Both the position numbers and the translations under genes were made by a program. Below the pieces are notes generated by a model that did no database searches, was not told where the DNA came from, and saw only the letters and a program-made list of their open reading frames with translations. From Octopus sinensis (taxonomy: Eukaryota), in assembly GCF_006345805.1 (NCBI RefSeq), contig NC_042997.1, positions 97,898,001 to 97,962,000 of the forward strand: a stretch of 64,000 bases of DNA, in the 5' to 3' direction. Of the stretch, positions 1 to 12,915 are shown piece after piece. The first letter of the stretch is position 1. The number at the start of each line of letters is the position of its first letter.

Positions 1-1661
1 CGAATACCGTAGTAGCTTGCCTGTCAACAATGTATATAGGTTAAGTAGGATATATAGATGATTATTTTAATTCAATATTGTTTCAGTTCGTACACCAGAC
101 TTTTATCCAGCAGGATGGCTATTCACAAGACCAATCTTATTGTTTTATTCACTGTTTCCTAAATTGGAGGTGACAAATCTCTTATAAACATGTAGCTGGC
201 TGCGAATTCACGTCATTGACAAGGCTCAGCTAAGCCGAAATGCATTCAGAGTTATAGTTAACTGCTGCTGAAAAAAGATTTTAAACACAACACATCTATA
301 AGATATATTACGGCTACCAAAGTAACTTGCTTGACGAGGATGTATATACATTAAATATGATACATAGACGGCCATTTTTATTATTGTTTAGAGGTGTATT
401 TATTCTGAAAGTATGAAGCATGACAATAAATTTATCAACAATTATTTGTCATTAAAATGAATCTCTGAACACGGTATTAACTTACGATGCAATGAAATTA
501 CTAGCAGGTGCTGAAATTACGGCGTTTGTGATTTCTTCGACTTTTAATTACATTATGTTGTAATTAAACACTATAGATTTCAGTGATAAATTTAGAAGAC
601 ACATTGTCTTATAGCACTGCAATGACTGTAGAATTGCAATACCCTTCAGTGAGAAAAATTGCTTTGGGAAATGTCCCTATTCCTTGGTCTGATAGTTCTC
701 CAGAGAAGTATATTCATCATATTTTTTATCGACGCCTTTAGCATCAAACTGTATATGTTTTCATTCATGCCCTCGACTAATCATCTACAGTGAGTAAGGT
801 TTGGCGCTCTACCGAGCAGCCAGTATATAGTACGCTACTGAAGCGTTAAAGAAATCGACGAACTCTGTTGGGACTTTCAGGGATAGCTTTCAGATCATTT
901 TAGGCGAGATTGGTAATAAAGGGGATCACCTCGTCCCTGTACGTATTCGTTGGAAGTCTAGACTGAACCGGATCATTTTAAACAAAACAGCGCTCCAGTA
1001 ATAAGTGATATGGATTTACTTTTCCAGCTACTGGGTTTTAAGAACACCAGATCACGTATTTAGAATGGGTAGAGATGAGATCGTAAAACTTATTTCTTGA
1101 AGACAAAGACGGCGAAAGTGAAACATATACGCTGCAACCGGAAATGGAAATTTCATTGCTGATACTACTCTTTATGACTACCACGATACCCTACGGTGAT
1201 AGTCCGGCAGAAACGATTGCAAGAGAGCCGATGGAACCTCTACGTGATTGCTTCGCATGCTATGAATGAGAGCCAAATTTTCTCATTGAAAAATGTAGTT
1301 GTAGCTCTATAAAAGAAGATGAGCTAGTTACGGTTGGAAAGCCTTTGCTTACTAGATCAGGATTAATTTGGGGTTGTACAACAACAACAGCTATTTGAAG
1401 AAAAGAAAAACCTTGATATCACTCTTTGCTCAATTTGCATTTGAAATAGAATCGCGTTACTGATCAGGTGAAAATCGGCGCCACGAAAGTTTTCATACGA
1501 AATAAGAAATGGTTAAGTGAAGTTAAAAGCCTTTTTAAAAACCTTTTTGTATGGCTACTGTGTCTTTCAAGCTGTAATAGTCTCCATACACGGTCCCAGG
1601 TTAAATCACTTGCATGGTAAGTACACCTCCGAAATAGTTGAAGTTCATTTTCTTCTCTCTC

Positions 1662-1759
<98 letters not shown>

Positions 1760-1830
1760 TATATGTAGTCTTTTGCTTGGATCAACCTGTAGTATATTTA
1801 CATACATTTATATTTTCAAGAAATGAACTT

Positions 1831-1880
<50 letters not shown>

Positions 1881-1885
1881 ATATA

Positions 1886-1924
1886 CTACATAAAGACCCG
1901 ACTTTGCCGGGTCATAGTGCTAGT
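1886..1924. mobile_element. Helitron-type 3' terminal hairpin remnant
   Basis: GACCCG-actttgc-CGGGTC hairpin followed by ...gtgCTAGt, resembling the termini at 33770-33799 and 44550-44580; orientation ambiguous. Confidence 0.4.
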
Positions 1925-2371
1925 GCATGTATATATATGTATATATATGTGTACATATTACATGTACATCTATATATATATGCATCTACACATAAAATAC
2001 AAAATACAAAGTTATATCTTGATATCGCTAGTGATAACAATACTCAAAATATATAACAGACTGGAATTGTTAGCCCGTCTCTTGTAATTTCGATTGTATC
2101 TTGACCTCCCTCTTGTATAGAAGTGTGGGTACAATCCAGCCTACCTCTACTTCTGGTTGGGGGGGGGGGGCATTTAAAATTTTTTTGCGGGACGTCCTAC
2201 GTCCCAGACATAAAGGTAAAAATAAAATATTTCCACTTTGCAAGTTCGAGTCGAGTACTCCCTTGCACGCTCCGTTGACTAGAACCTTGCTTCTATTGTG
2301 GCGAATTTACCGCCTCTGATTAGATATCTTTCATAGTCGCACCAAGGCACTTTTCGAAGGTGCTTTCCTCC

Positions 2372-3975
2372 ATGTTATTTCTTTATTACCCACCAGGGGC
2401 TACGAAGAATGGCGGACATAACAAAACATGGGGGACATAGAACAATATGATTAATTTATGAGCAAATGAATGAAAAAAATGATAATATGAAAGCGATGCT
2501 AACGGCCCCCTCCGCCAGCATCACTTACCTGTCCTTGTTTTCACTGTCACCTGAATGTTCATTCCAATACGAAGACCATCCATATCCATTCTTACTCCGA
2601 AACTGTCCTCCATATATTCCACGAATTCATCGCTCATTCTTGTATCTTTCACCTCCCAATTCTCCCTTTCACACCTCAACACAAACTCATCTATATTCTT
2701 CTTTTCCAGCACTGCATATCTGATCCCATCCATTTCATACCATTCATACTCCTCCATTACCCTTTCAACCTCTTTCTGTTCAGTCACATATAAATGTTCG
2801 ACCTGGGTTCGTTTTCAAAATCTTGTCTGTCTGTATTATTATATTTTCTTTTGTTTTCTTGTTGGAGGGGAGCGGGTGGGTTCACTGTCTGCAGGGGAAG
2901 GGTGGGATTCAGGGGTGTGGGTGTGTTGGGTGGGTTGGAGCTTCGCACAGTTTTTTCTTTTTCCTTTCTTTTTCTCTTTTTTTCTTCCTTCTTCCCACTC
3001 TTGTTGCATCTCCTCTTCTTCTGTCGTTTCTTTTTCCCCTTTGGTTCTCTTTGGTTTCTTCCTCTTTTGGGCTTCCGCGACGATTTCCTTTTCTTTTTCC
3101 TTTGGGGGTGAGGGGCAGTAGGCTCTTATGACCCCTCAGGCCACACTTGTAGCACCTGGGCGCCCTACCCTCCACCCACACTCTCATAATAATATTTCCA
3201 GTTTTTTATACTGTCCGTAAGCTTTTCTATAACTTCCGCCTCCGTCTGTATGTTCATTACTAGTGTGGCACCTCTCACGCCTTCATATTATCATGGCGTG
3301 GAGGATGTCCACTTTATCTTCATTTCCTTTGATAACCGCAGCCGTTATTAATTCGCCCTCTAGGTGTGGAGGTATTCCTCCACCCTAATTCTGGTGGTCC
3401 TTCTATTCAAATACGAGGGGAACAAGTAAAACTTTTCTGTACTCACCACCTTGGCTGCTATAAATCCTGGCTGCTTTCTCACTTTTAAATTGTACCGTTA
3501 TGGTTCCATATTCTAATCCTTTTGTCATGTACACAATTTCTCTGTCTGTTTGAAAGCCTCTTCAATTGCTTCCATGTTAATCACTTCCATTTTTCTACCT
3601 CCATTCATAAATACTTTATATTAATGGTTCTACGATGGAACCAGTCTCCGCGCCCTGCTAGAGGCAACAGCTCAACCTCTCCGTTCTCCTCCTCCTTCAT
3701 GAACTCCTGGAAGTCCGTCAACTTAGCAGGTCTATCTCTTTTTCTGTTGACTTCTTCGTTATACCTGCGTAGGTGCTTTCCATTTTTTTCACCGCCAACT
3801 CCTCCTCAGATGTCGACGAATTTTCAGAGAAATTTCTCCTTCCATCTCATCCGTTTGGTAGAGGCGGCTCATAGTCGCCTCAGACCGAAAACGGCCTCCC
3901 GAACAGAAAACGTGCGACGCACAGAACCAGTGCGACGAACCGCACCAACCGACGTTCCAATTCCGCAACCACAAT
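2372..3975 (-). mobile_element. Degenerate non-autonomous retroposon with only a gag-like ORF1 (L1/Tx1-type, CCHC knuckle)
   Basis: Minus-strand ORF pieces from about 3872 to 2521; VWVEGRAPRCYKCGLRGH then a frameshift to AYCP gives Cx2Cx4Hx4C; basic low-complexity linker; T-rich 3' UTR ending gcccctggtgggtAATAAAgaaata; no endonuclease or RT seen. Confidence 0.7.
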
Positions 3976-4299
3976 TCACTTTTTGTTCTTTTTTCTTTTT
4001 AACCGAATTTTACAGAGCGCAAAAAAAACGCCACCTTTTTTCTCTACATTGTATACTTTATAGACAATATCTTTTCTTTAATTTAATTTTTATTATCCAT
4101 CTGGACTACTCCATTTCTGCACGCTAATTTTATTTTTAATTTATTCCCATTCATGTGAAACCACTTATTCAAGTTCAAGTCATTGATGCAATTTTATACT
4201 AATTGCTATTTTTACTTTGTGTTATGTTACGATTTATATACTTTAGTTTGATTTAATTATTACTTACTACATATAATTCAATTGTTATTATTTTTATTT

Positions 4300-4712
4300 T
4301 TGAAAGTGAAAGTATCTGACATAAAATAGAGAAATGTTTTTGTTTCACTTTTAACACGTAATACTGAAATAGTGGAGAAGATATGATATTGCTATGGGCT
4401 CGCTCTAGGCAAGAAGTTGAGCATTTTTTTGCCCATGAAACTACATGGACCCTAAGTAAGGCATGTGTAAAATTTGAATGGAATTGGTTGCGTAGTTCTC
4501 AAGTTTTAGGGAATCGTAGTGGAAAAGATATGATATTGCTGTGGGCTCGCCCTAGGCAAAAAGTTAAAAATTTATTTTGCCGATGACACTCCCCTGACCC
4601 TAAGTAAGGCATGTGTAAAATTTGAATGAAATTGGTTGTGTAGTTATCAAGTTTTAGGGAAACACACAGACAGACAGACAGACACACATTCTCAGTTTAA
4701 TATATATAAAGA
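4300..4712 (-). mobile_element. Non-autonomous Helitron-like element, 5' part, with an internal ~147-bp tandem duplication
   Basis: Minus strand starts aTCtttatatatattaaa followed by a (TGTC)n tract, as in the other Helitrons here; GATATGATATTGCT block repeated at 4380 and 4527. Confidence 0.6.
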
Positions 4713-4759
4713 TATATATATATGTATATATACATTTTTATATATATACACAATTCAAA

Positions 4760-4948
4760 TTTACAGAAAACAAAAGAGGAAGACAAGTGAAGGAACAACA
4801 AGCAAGTGCATTAGTTTTATGCTCGGCAAGGATGGAAGAGTCTTTGACGTTTCGAGAATACGTTCTTCGGTTTTCAAGTGGTGTTGGACACCTCATATAT
4901 ATATATATGGGGTGTCCAACACCACTTGAAAACCGAAGAACGTATTCT
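4760..4948 (-). mobile_element. Penelope-like repeat fragment with fold-back end
   Basis: Minus-strand ...CCGAAGAacgtattctcGAAACGTC hammerhead-like remnant; near-perfect inverted repeat 4855-4948; sits in a (TA)n context. Confidence 0.5.
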
Positions 4949-5375
4949 TTTCTAGTTTCCGTCTGCCAAATCCACTCACACGTCTTTGCTCGGCTCGGGT
5001 CTGTAGTAGAATACACTTGCCCAAGGTGCCACGCAGTGGGGTTGAACTTTTACTAACAGAGCTACGCTTGAGGCTGTGAAATTTATTTATCTGGAACAAT
5101 AGTATATGTGTGCAAAATCTTTCATCTTCTACTTGTTTCAGTTGAAGGGTTTGGTCCAACAAATCGACCCTAGTCTAATACCTAATATATCGATTCCTTT
5201 TGTCAATACCACTAAATTATAAGGCCGTAAACAAGCTAGTACTGGTTGTCAGGTAGATGGGGACAAAAACTTAAACACAAAAGCATACACATAATACGCA
5301 CACTCACACAGACACATCTATATTTAATAACAGTTTCACAACGCTCCACACAACTCAAAGTTTTGTGGGTGCGTA

Positions 5376-5488
5376 GGACAGGTCCTACCGTAACACCTTG
5401 GGCAAGTGTCTTCTACTATAGCCTTGGGTGACCAAAGCCCTTATGAGTGGATTTGGTAGGACGGAAACTGAAAGAAGTCCGGCGTATA

Positions 5489-5546
<58 letters not shown>

Positions 5547-5982
5547 AAGTTAATCCAACATGAAAGCACAAAGAGAAAACACAACAACGCGAGGACGTGG
5601 AACAAGTATAGTGTTATTGGACGCTCAGGGAAGGAAGGAAGGAAGAAGGATTTAACGTTTCAAGCGGAGCTCTTCGTCAGAAACATAAGAAAAGGAAAGA
5701 TCCAAGGAAGGGAAACGGAGAAAAAAAATCGCCAACGATACACACGCAGTCACATGTGCGTATGTGCGTGTCTTTGTGTATGTATTTATCCCCTATCACC
5801 TCTTGACAACCGGTGTGGGTGTATTTACGTCCCTGTAACTGGCGTTTAGCAAAAGAGACCGATAGAATAAGTATTAGGCTTCAGAAATAAGTTCTGAGGT
5901 CGATTCGTTCGACTAAAACCCTTCAAGGTGGTGCTCCAGCATAGCCGCAGCTAAATGACTGAAACAGGTAAAAGAATAAAAG
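5376..5982 (+). mobile_element. SINE family A copy, 5'-truncated, interrupted at its (TA)n by another repeat
   Basis: ccttgggcaagtgtcttctactatagcc core and ...gctccagcat...aaatgactgaaac tail shared with other A copies. Confidence 0.85.
5545..5755 (-). mobile_element. Penelope-like repeat fragment with variant hammerhead-like motif
   Basis: Minus strand tttCTGACGA-a-gagc-tcc-gctt-GAAACGTTaaa at about 5651-5683; inserted in (TA)n. Confidence 0.5.
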
Positions 5983-5990
5983 AAAATATG

Positions 5991-6198
5991 CAGTAATCTT
6001 TCACCATATCGCGGTCTATTATTTAAGCTTAAGTCGATTCCTCTGTGGTGCTGTTTTGCATTTATAATAAAATAAATATATACGAATTATAAAAATAACT
6101 AAAAAATATACAATACAGAACTGTTTCTACTTCGCAGATTTTCATCTATCGAGGGTTTTTTTTGGAACGTAACAACCGCGATAGTCGAGGAATTACTG
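5991..6198. mobile_element. pogo/Tigger-like MITE
   Basis: Imperfect TIRs cagtaatctttcaccatatcgcggt / accgcgatagtcgaggaattactg; TA on the right flank. Confidence 0.6.
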
Positions 6199-6364
6199 TA
6201 TAACGGGTTTCCGCACAGTTTTTGTGCACTAAATTCATTCGTAAGGCATTAATAAATATAATTATTAACTTTTACATTACTTTAGGTAACAAATGTATTG
6301 TGGATACATTAATTTCTTTTGATCGCTGGTTGTAACACACCCACGCACGCACACACACACACAC

Positions 6365-6419
<55 letters not shown>

Positions 6420-6613
6420 CCTTGCTAAACATCTTGCACAAACGATCCGTTTATTGTGATATCGAAGAGATCGCAGAGCAACGTGAAATGAAGTTTTGCA
6501 CAAGAACACAAAGTTCGGGTTGCGAAACTGCGATCTTGCGATCGTGAGTGCAACCCTTTAACCACAACAAGGTCACACGCCTTCACCCACATAAGCACAC
6601 ATATGCACACACA

Positions 6614-6665
<52 letters not shown>

Positions 6666-7361
6666 ACACACACACAAAGCCACACACGCCTATGCGTACA
6701 CATACACGGTTTTGTTGGTACGACTGAATGGGGTTACAGTGTTTGAGGACTATCACTTATGGAAACTAAAGAGGATATTGACGAAGTGTATGAAGGGGGA
6801 GCAAAATAATCGATGAGAATTGTGTTAGCTAGTGATTCCGCTTTGAAATTTTACCATCGGCAAAACTAATTAATGAGGACTGGCTTCCTTAACGGAATTG
6901 TATAATACAAACATGCTGGTAGTAGGGGTGGTGGTGATGTTGGTGGAATAAAAACAAATAAGCAACAAAAAAACTTTGCTCCGAATTTTCCACCCACCCA
7001 CTCATCCACAAAAAAAAAAAAAATTACGAAAAATATTGTAAAAATGATGGAAGTAATAAGAAGAAATAAAAAAGCAATATTGTCAAGTCCGTACAATAAT
7101 TGTGGATTTAATTGTAGTGAGCGGGGTAAACCATAGAACTGAAAACAAGTTAAGACAGAAAGCGGTATGGTGCTTTACAAAAACCGATCTTAGGAGAAAA
7201 TAGCATAAAGAAGAAAAGGCAATGAACGAATAATGACAATAACAGTAACCAAACTATATAATGTCACTAACGATCTTCATTAATTAAATAAATAAAAAAA
7301 TAAATAAATAATAACAATAAATAATAACAATAAATAAATAAATAAATAAATAATAACAATA

Positions 7362-7760
7362 AAGGAGTGGCTGTGTGGTAAGTAGCTTGCTAACCAACCA
7401 CATGGTTCCGGGTTCAGTCCCACTGCGTGGCATCTTGGGCAAGTGTCTTCTGCTATAGCCCCGGGCCGACCAATGCCTTGTGAGTGGATTTGGTAGACGG
7501 AAACTGAAAGAAGCCCGTCGTATATATATATATATATATGTATATGTGTGTATGTGTGTGTGTTTGTCCCCCTAGCATTGCTTGACAACCGATGCTGGTG
7601 TGTTTAGGTCCCCGTCACTTAGCGGTTCGGCAAAAGAGACCGATAGAATAAGTACTGTGCTTACAATGAATAAGTCCCGGGGTCGATTTGCTCGACTAAA
7701 GGCGGTGCTCCAGCATGGCCGCAGTCAAATGACTGAAACAAGTAAAAAGAAAAAAAGAAA
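7362..7760 (+). mobile_element. SINE family A (tRNA-derived, CORE-like central block)
   Basis: A-box-like gtggctgtgtggtaag, B-box-like gggttcagtccc, ccttgggcaagtg-type core, internal (TA)/(TG) tract, A-rich tail; nearly identical to 35401 and 38591. Confidence 0.92.
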
Positions 7761-7801
7761 AAGAAAGAATGATAATAATGATAATAATAAAAAAAAAAAA
7801 A

Positions 7802-7855
<54 letters not shown>

Positions 7856-8009
7856 GGTATGCTTTTTTTCCCCCCCAGTCATATTTTGTTATTCACTTCT
7901 TAAAACGCAAAATGTGGTTGTTGAAATAAATTACTAAATTTGTCTTTTGTTTCATGTTTGAATATCGACCAACAGGAAATGTGTCCCTAAGTTAAACAAA
8001 ACAGCTCGA

Positions 8010-8383
8010 GTATTATAAAAGGAAGAAGAGATATAGAAAGAGCTGTGGTAAGGCGATGAGGGGGTTTGTTGGGAGGTGAAGGTAACAGGCTAAGTGAAAG
8101 TGTATGCGTTTGTGAGAGAGAGAAAGAGAGAAAGAGAGAAAGAGAGAGAGAGAGAAAGCGTAAAGGACTAGGAGGAGAAGGAGGTGAGAGAAAAAAGGAA
8201 TAAAGGAGAGGGTGAGAGAGAAAAGGAGAAGGTGTGAGAGAAAAGGGTAGGGTATGAGAACAAAGAGAGGGTAGTTGAGGAACGGAGATGATGAGGGATT
8301 AAGAGAGAATGGGAGAAAGAGAAGAAAATTAAGAGAGACTGAGTGAGCGGGGAAAGAGGAAGAGAATTATAACGGGATTAAGA

Positions 8384-8457
<74 letters not shown>

Positions 8458-8488
8458 ATTAGTGACATAGATAGACAGATAGATAGAT

Positions 8489-8533
<45 letters not shown>

Positions 8534-8640
8534 AAGGTAGAGAGAGAAATGTAGAGGGAAAGAAAAGTAGAGACAAAGGTAGAAGGAGAGATAGAAAGAG
8601 GGAGAGAAAGGGAGAGTTAGAAAGAGAAAGACATAGAGAA
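8010..8640. repeat. Polypurine tract with (GA)n and (GATA)n microsatellites
   Basis: Direct inspection. Confidence 0.9.
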
Positions 8641-8932
8641 CGGATATTAATAATGGTAATGTAATCCTAGTTCTGTTGTGCTTATACCAAATATGGTTAG
8701 CATCGATGACAGAGAAACACTGATGTAAACAATACTTTAAAGAGAGTCAAATAAATGGAACAAAAAAGCAAAAAAAATAAGCACAACGACTATTGCGTTG
8801 TTGGTTTGACCCTAGGTCAGCCTCGACAGAGTTGATCTACGATCAAAGGCATTCCAACTCTGACTATCCCCTCATTCATTTTGCTTAGCACCAGGTTTGC
8901 ACTTAAGCTGACGTATGATCAACAGGGTTGAT

Positions 8933-9121
8933 CAATGCCGGATTTAGCCACAAGCTTAACAAGTTACAACTTCAGGCCCTCACAATTTGCAAAAGCCTCA
9001 AAAATAATCACAGGACATAGAATTTCTCAGATATTTTGAGATCTTCTGATATACATTTTTTTACAAGGGTCCTCTAATCATTATATAAGTTTGGAACCCA
9101 CTAACTCTAAATCTGACACTG
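8933..9121. mobile_element. Old hAT-type MITE
   Basis: Imperfect TIRs caatgccggattta / taaatctgacactg; TSD not convincing. Confidence 0.4.
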
Positions 9122-9785
9122 GCTTCGACAATCCAGTTTATTTTCAAACTTAGTATGTCAAGAAGAACGGTAGCTGCGGTAATTTCGTTAGCCTTAGAGG
9201 GAGCGCGAAAGCTTTGGGCACATCGCTTACAAAATTAAAAAAAATGATAAATAACAAAACAAGGAAAACAACCTAGAATCCATTATCAAACATGTTCTTT
9301 CTTGTTTAAGGGAGTAGGGGGCGATTTGAAGGATATTTGACTTCTGTTTCTTGCAGGTGTCGAACAGTTACTTGAAGACTTCCCTCATTGGCTTTTCTCA
9401 GGCATAGCGTTTCTTGGACTGCATTATTAAAAGTTTTGTGTTAAAAAAGTAAAAAAGAAAAGAAAACAAAAAAAAAAGACGCTGGAGCAATGTGTAGTTT
9501 CAGAGATATTTGACTTCTATTTCAAGTAAATAGTAGGGGTGGGGGTCAATATAGACAATTGTTTCCCTGGAAACCGATATCTTCGAATATTGTAGAGGTT
9601 GTAAGGAAGGGTTCAGAAATCTCATTTGATCTAATCCCAAATCTCCCAAAGAAATAAATAAATAAGTAAAGGAAACTGCGTCCTTTTGATTCTCTTCCTC
9701 AGCCATGTTGATTCAACATTTTCACCTTAATTAGAAATAATGATAAAATAAATTTTCAGACGTGACTGTGTGCTAAGAAGCTTCC

Positions 9786-11773
9786 AGCTGAACCAGAGTG
9801 GACGAGGGTTTGTTAGCTCCGTCCAATTACAAGAAAATAGGTCAAAAACAGAAAGTCATCGAGGTAGGTGATTTTGTTTTATCTAAGCTTGGTGTAATTT
9901 GTTATATTGTAAGTTTTTGTTAATAAATTTCGCCCAGCTCTGGGAAAATTTCGCCTGTTGTTTTTGGTATATTGTGAATTTATTGTGAATATTTTTGGAA
10001 TCATTTCAAAAGAAGAAAAAAAAAAGGGTGGGGCGTATCCTCGCCCGAATGATTAGAACCTGTTACAGTTGCTGTTGCAGTTATCGTTGGCTGAAGCCAG
10101 TATTGTGTTTGGATTTATTGGATTTATTTTAGCAATTACCGGAATTAGGCCGGGAATACCTGTTAGCCAGAAAATTGGATTTTTGTTGTGTGAATTGTTT
10201 TCCTTTTTTCCGTCTATCTTTCCTGATTTCTTCTTCTTTTTGAACTGTTTATTTATTTTTTGGACTTTCTTTGTTTTATTTTCTTTTTAGTGTTTCTGTT
10301 AACTTTTTGTGTACTTTTTTGGGACTTTTTCTTTGAACTTTTAAGACTTTTTTTGCACATGGCAAAATAAACGGTGCCGCTGCTTTGGAGTGGGAGGTGG
10401 TCCTTCCCAAACAGTCGATTAAAGATCTTGAGAAGAGGATGGTGGTACTACGGACCTATTCTAGGTCGCGTGGTGCCATCGCTCTCTTCGACAAGATTGT
10501 GATAGAGAAAGAGTTGGCAGACTACCTGCCAACTATAAAATTTCACGGGGGACCAAATTAGCAACGGTCTGGTTGCTGTTTGGTACCCCCGATGAAGCTG
10601 GCAGAATAGCCAGCGAGCCTCTTGAGGGGCAAGAAAATTTGTTCCTCCCCACGTGGGCTACCCCGGACACATAAGCAGGATGGATTGGTGATTCCATCCG
10701 GCAGAGCCTGGGGGATAGCGGGCCCAGGCTCTTAAATGTGAGAATGACGCCAGCGGTCGACTGGGAGGGGTCAAAAGCAATTTTGACCTTATGGACCCCA
10801 TCGGTCGCAGGCGAAATGGTATTCCCGGACTTCCTAAAAATGGCTGGCTGCAGGTATCCGATGATATTTGGGGGTCACCCCCCCCAAATGTTACTCGTGC
10901 CTGGAGCCAGGCCACATTAGGAAGGACTGCCCCCGGGGCCGTAACATGGCCCCAGCACAGGAAAGTAAGGTGCCCACCCCTACGCCCTGTGGCGGGGGAG
11001 ACGGTGGAAGTCGTGGAAAAAGTTGCCTTCACGAAGAGAAAAAAAAAGGTGAGCAACAATGGTTGCTCACCAATAATGTGTAGGCGGCACAGGAGGCGGA
11101 GGGAGATAGTGTCTCCCCGCACCCGCCGACGCAGGCCCCAGCCCCCACAGCCTCAAAGAGAAAGAGGAAAAGGGGGAGCAGGGGACAGTCGGCGCCTATT
11201 GAAGCGCCGGTGGGATGTGTGCTGCCGGTGCGCGAGGCTCTGTCAGTGGGAATTGTGCCATTGTCAGAGGAGACAGCGACCCCCCTGAAGAGTAGGAGAA
11301 TTTTATCCTTCTTTACCTCGAGGGGTGGGGGCTGTCGATGAATACTTGGGCAGCTTGGGCGACCGAGAACGTGTGTTCTCAAGCAGTCCAAGGTGGCCTC
11401 CGCACGTAACTGCGGAGGTGGTGAGTTATAAATTGTGGCACTGTGTGACACAGACATTTGATAAAAGGCACTTCGTGTTCTTCTTTCTGAACTCCCGACT
11501 GTCAACGCGGTCTGCTCTGCAGACGGTTAGATATTTGACTGGGGGTCCGGAAGAAGGGGAAAGGGAAAAGTGACAGTGTATTTGTGATGGTTGATTGACT
11601 TTTTGATTTTTTATGTAATAAATGAACCTGTGGTTTCGAAGCGTGTTCGGTCTGCGGGCGCCGAATACCCTTCCCATTTACATCATTCATATTTGTCATT
11701 TTCATCTCATCAATGTATATGTCCAGCCCGCATTGCTTCTCTGTAAGGCCGTCATGGCCAATTTGATAAAATA
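9786..11773 (+). mobile_element. Non-autonomous ORF1-only retroposon (gag-like CCHC), inserted in a SINE A head
   Basis: T-rich 5' region, disrupted ORF from ATG near 10359 to about 11573 with CYSCLEPGHIRKDCP, 3' ggcc-gtcat-ggcc stem-loop and AATAAA; flanked by aagaagcttcc (9775-9785) / aagcagcttgc (11774-11784). Confidence 0.75.
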
Positions 11774-11790
11774 AAGCAGCTTGCTCCCAA

Positions 11791-11834
<44 letters not shown>

Positions 11835-11884
11835 ACACACACACACACACACTCACACACACACAAACACATCAAACAGAACTC

Positions 11885-12915
11885 AAAAATGTTCTATTCT
11901 TAAGCAAATAAGCATATAACCGCTGTCTCACTCATTGGGTCATTGATCGATGATAACGGCATTCCCCAACACGATGCGAAAAAATGGAAGAAATACTACA
12001 GAAACAATACTGCTCTGTCTTTAGTGTTCCCACTGATATTGACGTAAGAGAAGGGATCGAAGTCAATTCCCAACATAAAATCTCGGACATAACTTTCACT
12101 GCCCCAGGCATCATACCAGCAATAAATGAGGTCAAATACTATTCGGCTGTAGGCCCTGATAGATTCCCCGCTAGTTTCCTGAAGGAATGTAGACACCTAC
12201 TTGCAGTCTCTCTGACCAACCTCTGGAGAAATTCTTTAGACTCGGGTTATATGCCGAAACAGCTCCTATCCCAGCCTGTCATCCGGTATTCAAACAGGGA
12301 AACAGATCCCTCGCAGTCAACTATCGCCCAATCTCACTCACCTCCCACATCATTAAAGTGTTTGAAAGAGTGGTATGATCAAGGATAGCTGACTTCCTGG
12401 AGACCCACAAACTCCTAAATGCAAACCAGCATGGCTTTCGCCGTGGCAGGGACTGTCTAACACAGCTCTTACACCACATAGAGGATATACTTAAAGCCTT
12501 GAGAACAGATTCGAACTCTGATGTCATATATCTTTAGTTCAGTAAAGCGTTTGATAGGGTTGACTATAATATCTTACTCTCAAAATTGGCAAATGTCGGA
12601 ATCCGTAAAAACTTCTACACTGGATTGAGTATTTCCTGGCGAATAGAACACATGTTGTGGCCGATGGAGTCTGCTCAAGCCCAACAAAAGTCACCAGTGG
12701 TGTCCCTCAGGGGATTGTCTTGGGCCCACTCCTCTTTACTATCTACATAAACGACCTTTCCAGCGTCGTAAAATACTGCAAAGTGAAAATATTTGCTGAT
12801 GATACTAAAGCTCCAGCAAATCATCAATGAAGAAGAAGACCGAACTCAACTCCAGTCTGATCTATATGCGGTGAGTCAATGGGCAAACAAAAACAAAATG
12901 CAACTAAACGAGTTT
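11885..12915 (+). pseudogene. CR1/L2-group LINE reverse transcriptase fragment
   Basis: Across frameshifts: SAVGPDRFPASFLKEC, NYRPISLTSHIIKVFE, NQHGFRRGRDCLTQLL, FSKAFDRV, SGVPQGIVLGPLLF, KIFADDTK. Confidence 0.92.

Noticed and set aside
215-255. Hammerhead-like ttgacaa-ggc...gcc-gaaa
   Set aside because: Core mutated and no stem I; at most a decayed relic
1517-2056. ORFs rich in YI/IY, and similar CV, HT, LS, RE, SIYL ORFs throughout the window
   Set aside because: Translations of (TA)n, (CA)n, (GA)n and (TCTA)n microsatellites, not proteins
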